64,000 bases of DNA from a candidate division FCPU426 bacterium (GTDB lineage: Bacteria > Oederibacteriota > JAAXVQ01 > JAUVAV01), in the NCBI GenBank assembly GCA_040756875.1, contig JBFLYH010000001.1, positions 1,533,076-1,597,075 of the forward strand, read 5' to 3'. Under the pieces are notes generated by a model, which was given only the letters and a program-made list of their open reading frames with translations, made no database searches and was not told the DNA's origin. Position numbers and translations under genes: made by a program. Shown here in pieces: positions 62,566 to 64,000 of the stretch; position 1 is the stretch's first letter, and each line of letters begins with the position of its first letter.

Positions 62566-64000
62566 GTGAACAGGACGCTTCGCTTTTTTACCGTTGTTTC
62601 CCTTCTCTCGTGCCCGGCTCTTCTCTTGGCTGCAGGCCGACTGCTCGCCTCCACCACTCCGGTTCAAATCAATTCGGTGTTCGTCTCCCCGAATACCATT
62701 GGCAATCCTGCCGCCTACACCATTGATTTCGACATTGCCGTTGACGGCGGTTTGGTAGGGGGATCGGACCCCATTATTGTCACATTTCCCGCCGACACCT
62801 TTATCATCGACGGACCCTTGGCGCCTGGTATTAATATCGAAGGAATTCCGGTCTACGCCGCCATGGGCAATAATGCAGCCAGAACCGTAACCGTGGTTCC
62901 GAGCCAGAATCTCCCTGGCGGCACCACTGGCGTCACTCTTTATCTGCCCCTGCCGGTCGTGCGCAACCCTACTATTGCAAACAATTATACGCTTACCGTA
63001 GCCGCAGCCCTTCAGCCTCCGGGCACCAGCCCGATTTACTCCATCGCTTACTCCGCCACATCTCTCGTGGTGCAATCCGTCTCTCCCAACCCCAATTGGG
63101 CCAGCACGCCTTCCATTTACACCATTGATTTCCAAACCAGCTCCGACGGCGCCTTGTTGGGCGGTATCAGTTCGATTGTCATCACCTTTCCCATCGATAC
63201 AACCGTCACCACCGGCTCTCTGAGCGGCGTCACGGTCGAAGGCCTTGCCGTCACTTCCGCGGTCGGGAACTTTGGTTCCCGCACCATCGCGGTGGTGCCT
63301 CAACAAAACCTCCCTGGCAGCACGTCGAATATCACTATCGTCCTCCCTGCCACGTGCGTCACCAATCCATCAACCCCCAATCCCTATGCCCTTCTGATGT
63401 CAACGTCGGTTCAGCCCGCGGGGTCCAGTCCTGCTTATACGATCATCCTCGCGCCGACGCCCACGTTCACACCCACTCCCAGCCGCACGCCCACGGTAAC
63501 GCGCACGCCCACCATCACCCGCACGTACACTTCCACTACGACGCCGACCCGCACTGCTTCGCCCACTTCCACCGATACCGCGACCATGACTCCCACCTTC
63601 ACTTCTACGCCCACCCGTACGGTTACACCCACGCGTACGGATACATCCACTGCCACCCCCACCTCCACCTTCACGCCCACGCGCACCCATTCGCCCACCT
63701 TCACCGCCACGCCCACACGCACGGACACGCCCACCTTCACGGTCACGCCCACTCACACCCCCACCTTCACCATCTCGCCCACCTCCACCCACACCCCCAC
63801 CTTCACTATTTCGCCCACCCGCACCACCACCCCCACCGTCACCCTCACCTCCACCATCTCCCCCACGGTTCTCGCCACGGCCACGGCCACCACCACCCCG
63901 GTCTCCCTGACCGCCGACCAGGTGGTCGCCTATCCGGCACCGGCCATCGGCCCGGACCTCTGGTTCGCTTTCGCGCCCACCGGCCCGGCCAGGGTCAAAA
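62566..64000 (+). CDS. Surface protein paralogue 3 (runs off window end): 2 beta modules, long Thr/Pro stalk, start of C-terminal domain
   Basis: Not in the ORF track. Manual translation from GTG 62566: MNRTLRFF...LLA-STTPVQINSVFVSPNTIGNPAAYTIDFDIAVDGGLVGG..., apparently open to the edge. Confidence 0.85.
   Translation, partial: MNRTLRFFTVVSLLSCPALLLAAGRLLASTTPVQINSVFVSPNTIGNPAAYTIDFDIAVDGGLVGGSDPIIVTFPADTFIIDGPLAPGINIEGIPVYAAMGNNAARTVTVVPSQNLPGGTTGVTLYLPLPVVRNPTIANNYTLTVAAALQPPGTSPIYSIAYSATSLVVQSVSPNPNWASTPSIYTIDFQTSSDGALLGGISSIVITFPIDTTVTTGSLSGVTVEGLAVTSAVGNFGSRTIAVVPQQNLPGSTSNITIVLPATCVTNPSTPNPYALLMSTSVQPAGSSPAYTIILAPTPTFTPTPSRTPTVTRTPTITRTYTSTTTPTRTASPTSTDTATMTPTFTSTPTRTVTPTRTDTSTATPTSTFTPTRTHSPTFTATPTRTDTPTFTVTPTHTPTFTISPTSTHTPTFTISPTRTTTPTVTLTSTISPTVLATATATTTPVSLTADQVVAYPAPAIGPDLWFAFAPTGPARVK

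Noticed and set aside
59610-63900. Thr/Pro codon repeats as a CRISPR array or ncRNA repeat
   Set aside because: They are in-frame low-complexity coding sequence, with no constant repeat plus unique spacer and no cas genes.
61957-64000. Repeat pair as a DGR template/variable region
   Set aside because: Mismatches are mostly synonymous and not adenine-specific, both copies are in-frame coding, and no reverse transcriptase is present in the window.

Overview
GC-rich bacterial chromosomal window, probably from an anaerobe (PPDK, rubrerythrin, flavodiiron protein, Fe-ADH). No intact transposase, integrase, phage gene or CRISPR array was recognised. It is mostly housekeeping: ilvE (partial), an EF-G paralogue, metX-metW under a SAM-I riboswitch, three tRNAs, tyrS, PBP1A, ybeY-CNNM-recO-glyQ-glyS-ppdK, aspS, ligA, mutM and queH. 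Six accessory-looking elements stand out. (1) A 1199-aa secreted/membrane protein whose N-terminal domain has an EreA/ChaN/TIKI/RRSP-like metal-ligand pattern. (2) A c-di-GMP neighbourhood: four stand-alone PilZ proteins around a large polytopic membrane protein and a Zn-less M23 lipoprotein, an intact diguanylate cyclase, and a MerR-HTH/degenerate-GGDEF fusion in an AT-rich trough. (3) A PerR-type oxidative-stress operon whose fprA carries a +1 frameshift in a G7 run. (4) A TPR + ExeA-like ATPase pair. (5) A dispersed family of IS200/IS605-end-like palindromes. (6) At the right edge, at least three tandem paralogous surface proteins made of 2-4 copies of a ~135-aa beta-rich module, a Thr/Pro stalk and a T9SS/FlgD-like C-terminal domain; two of them share an identical 3' segment. 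All calls come from reading the sequence and remembered family motifs; no searches were run.
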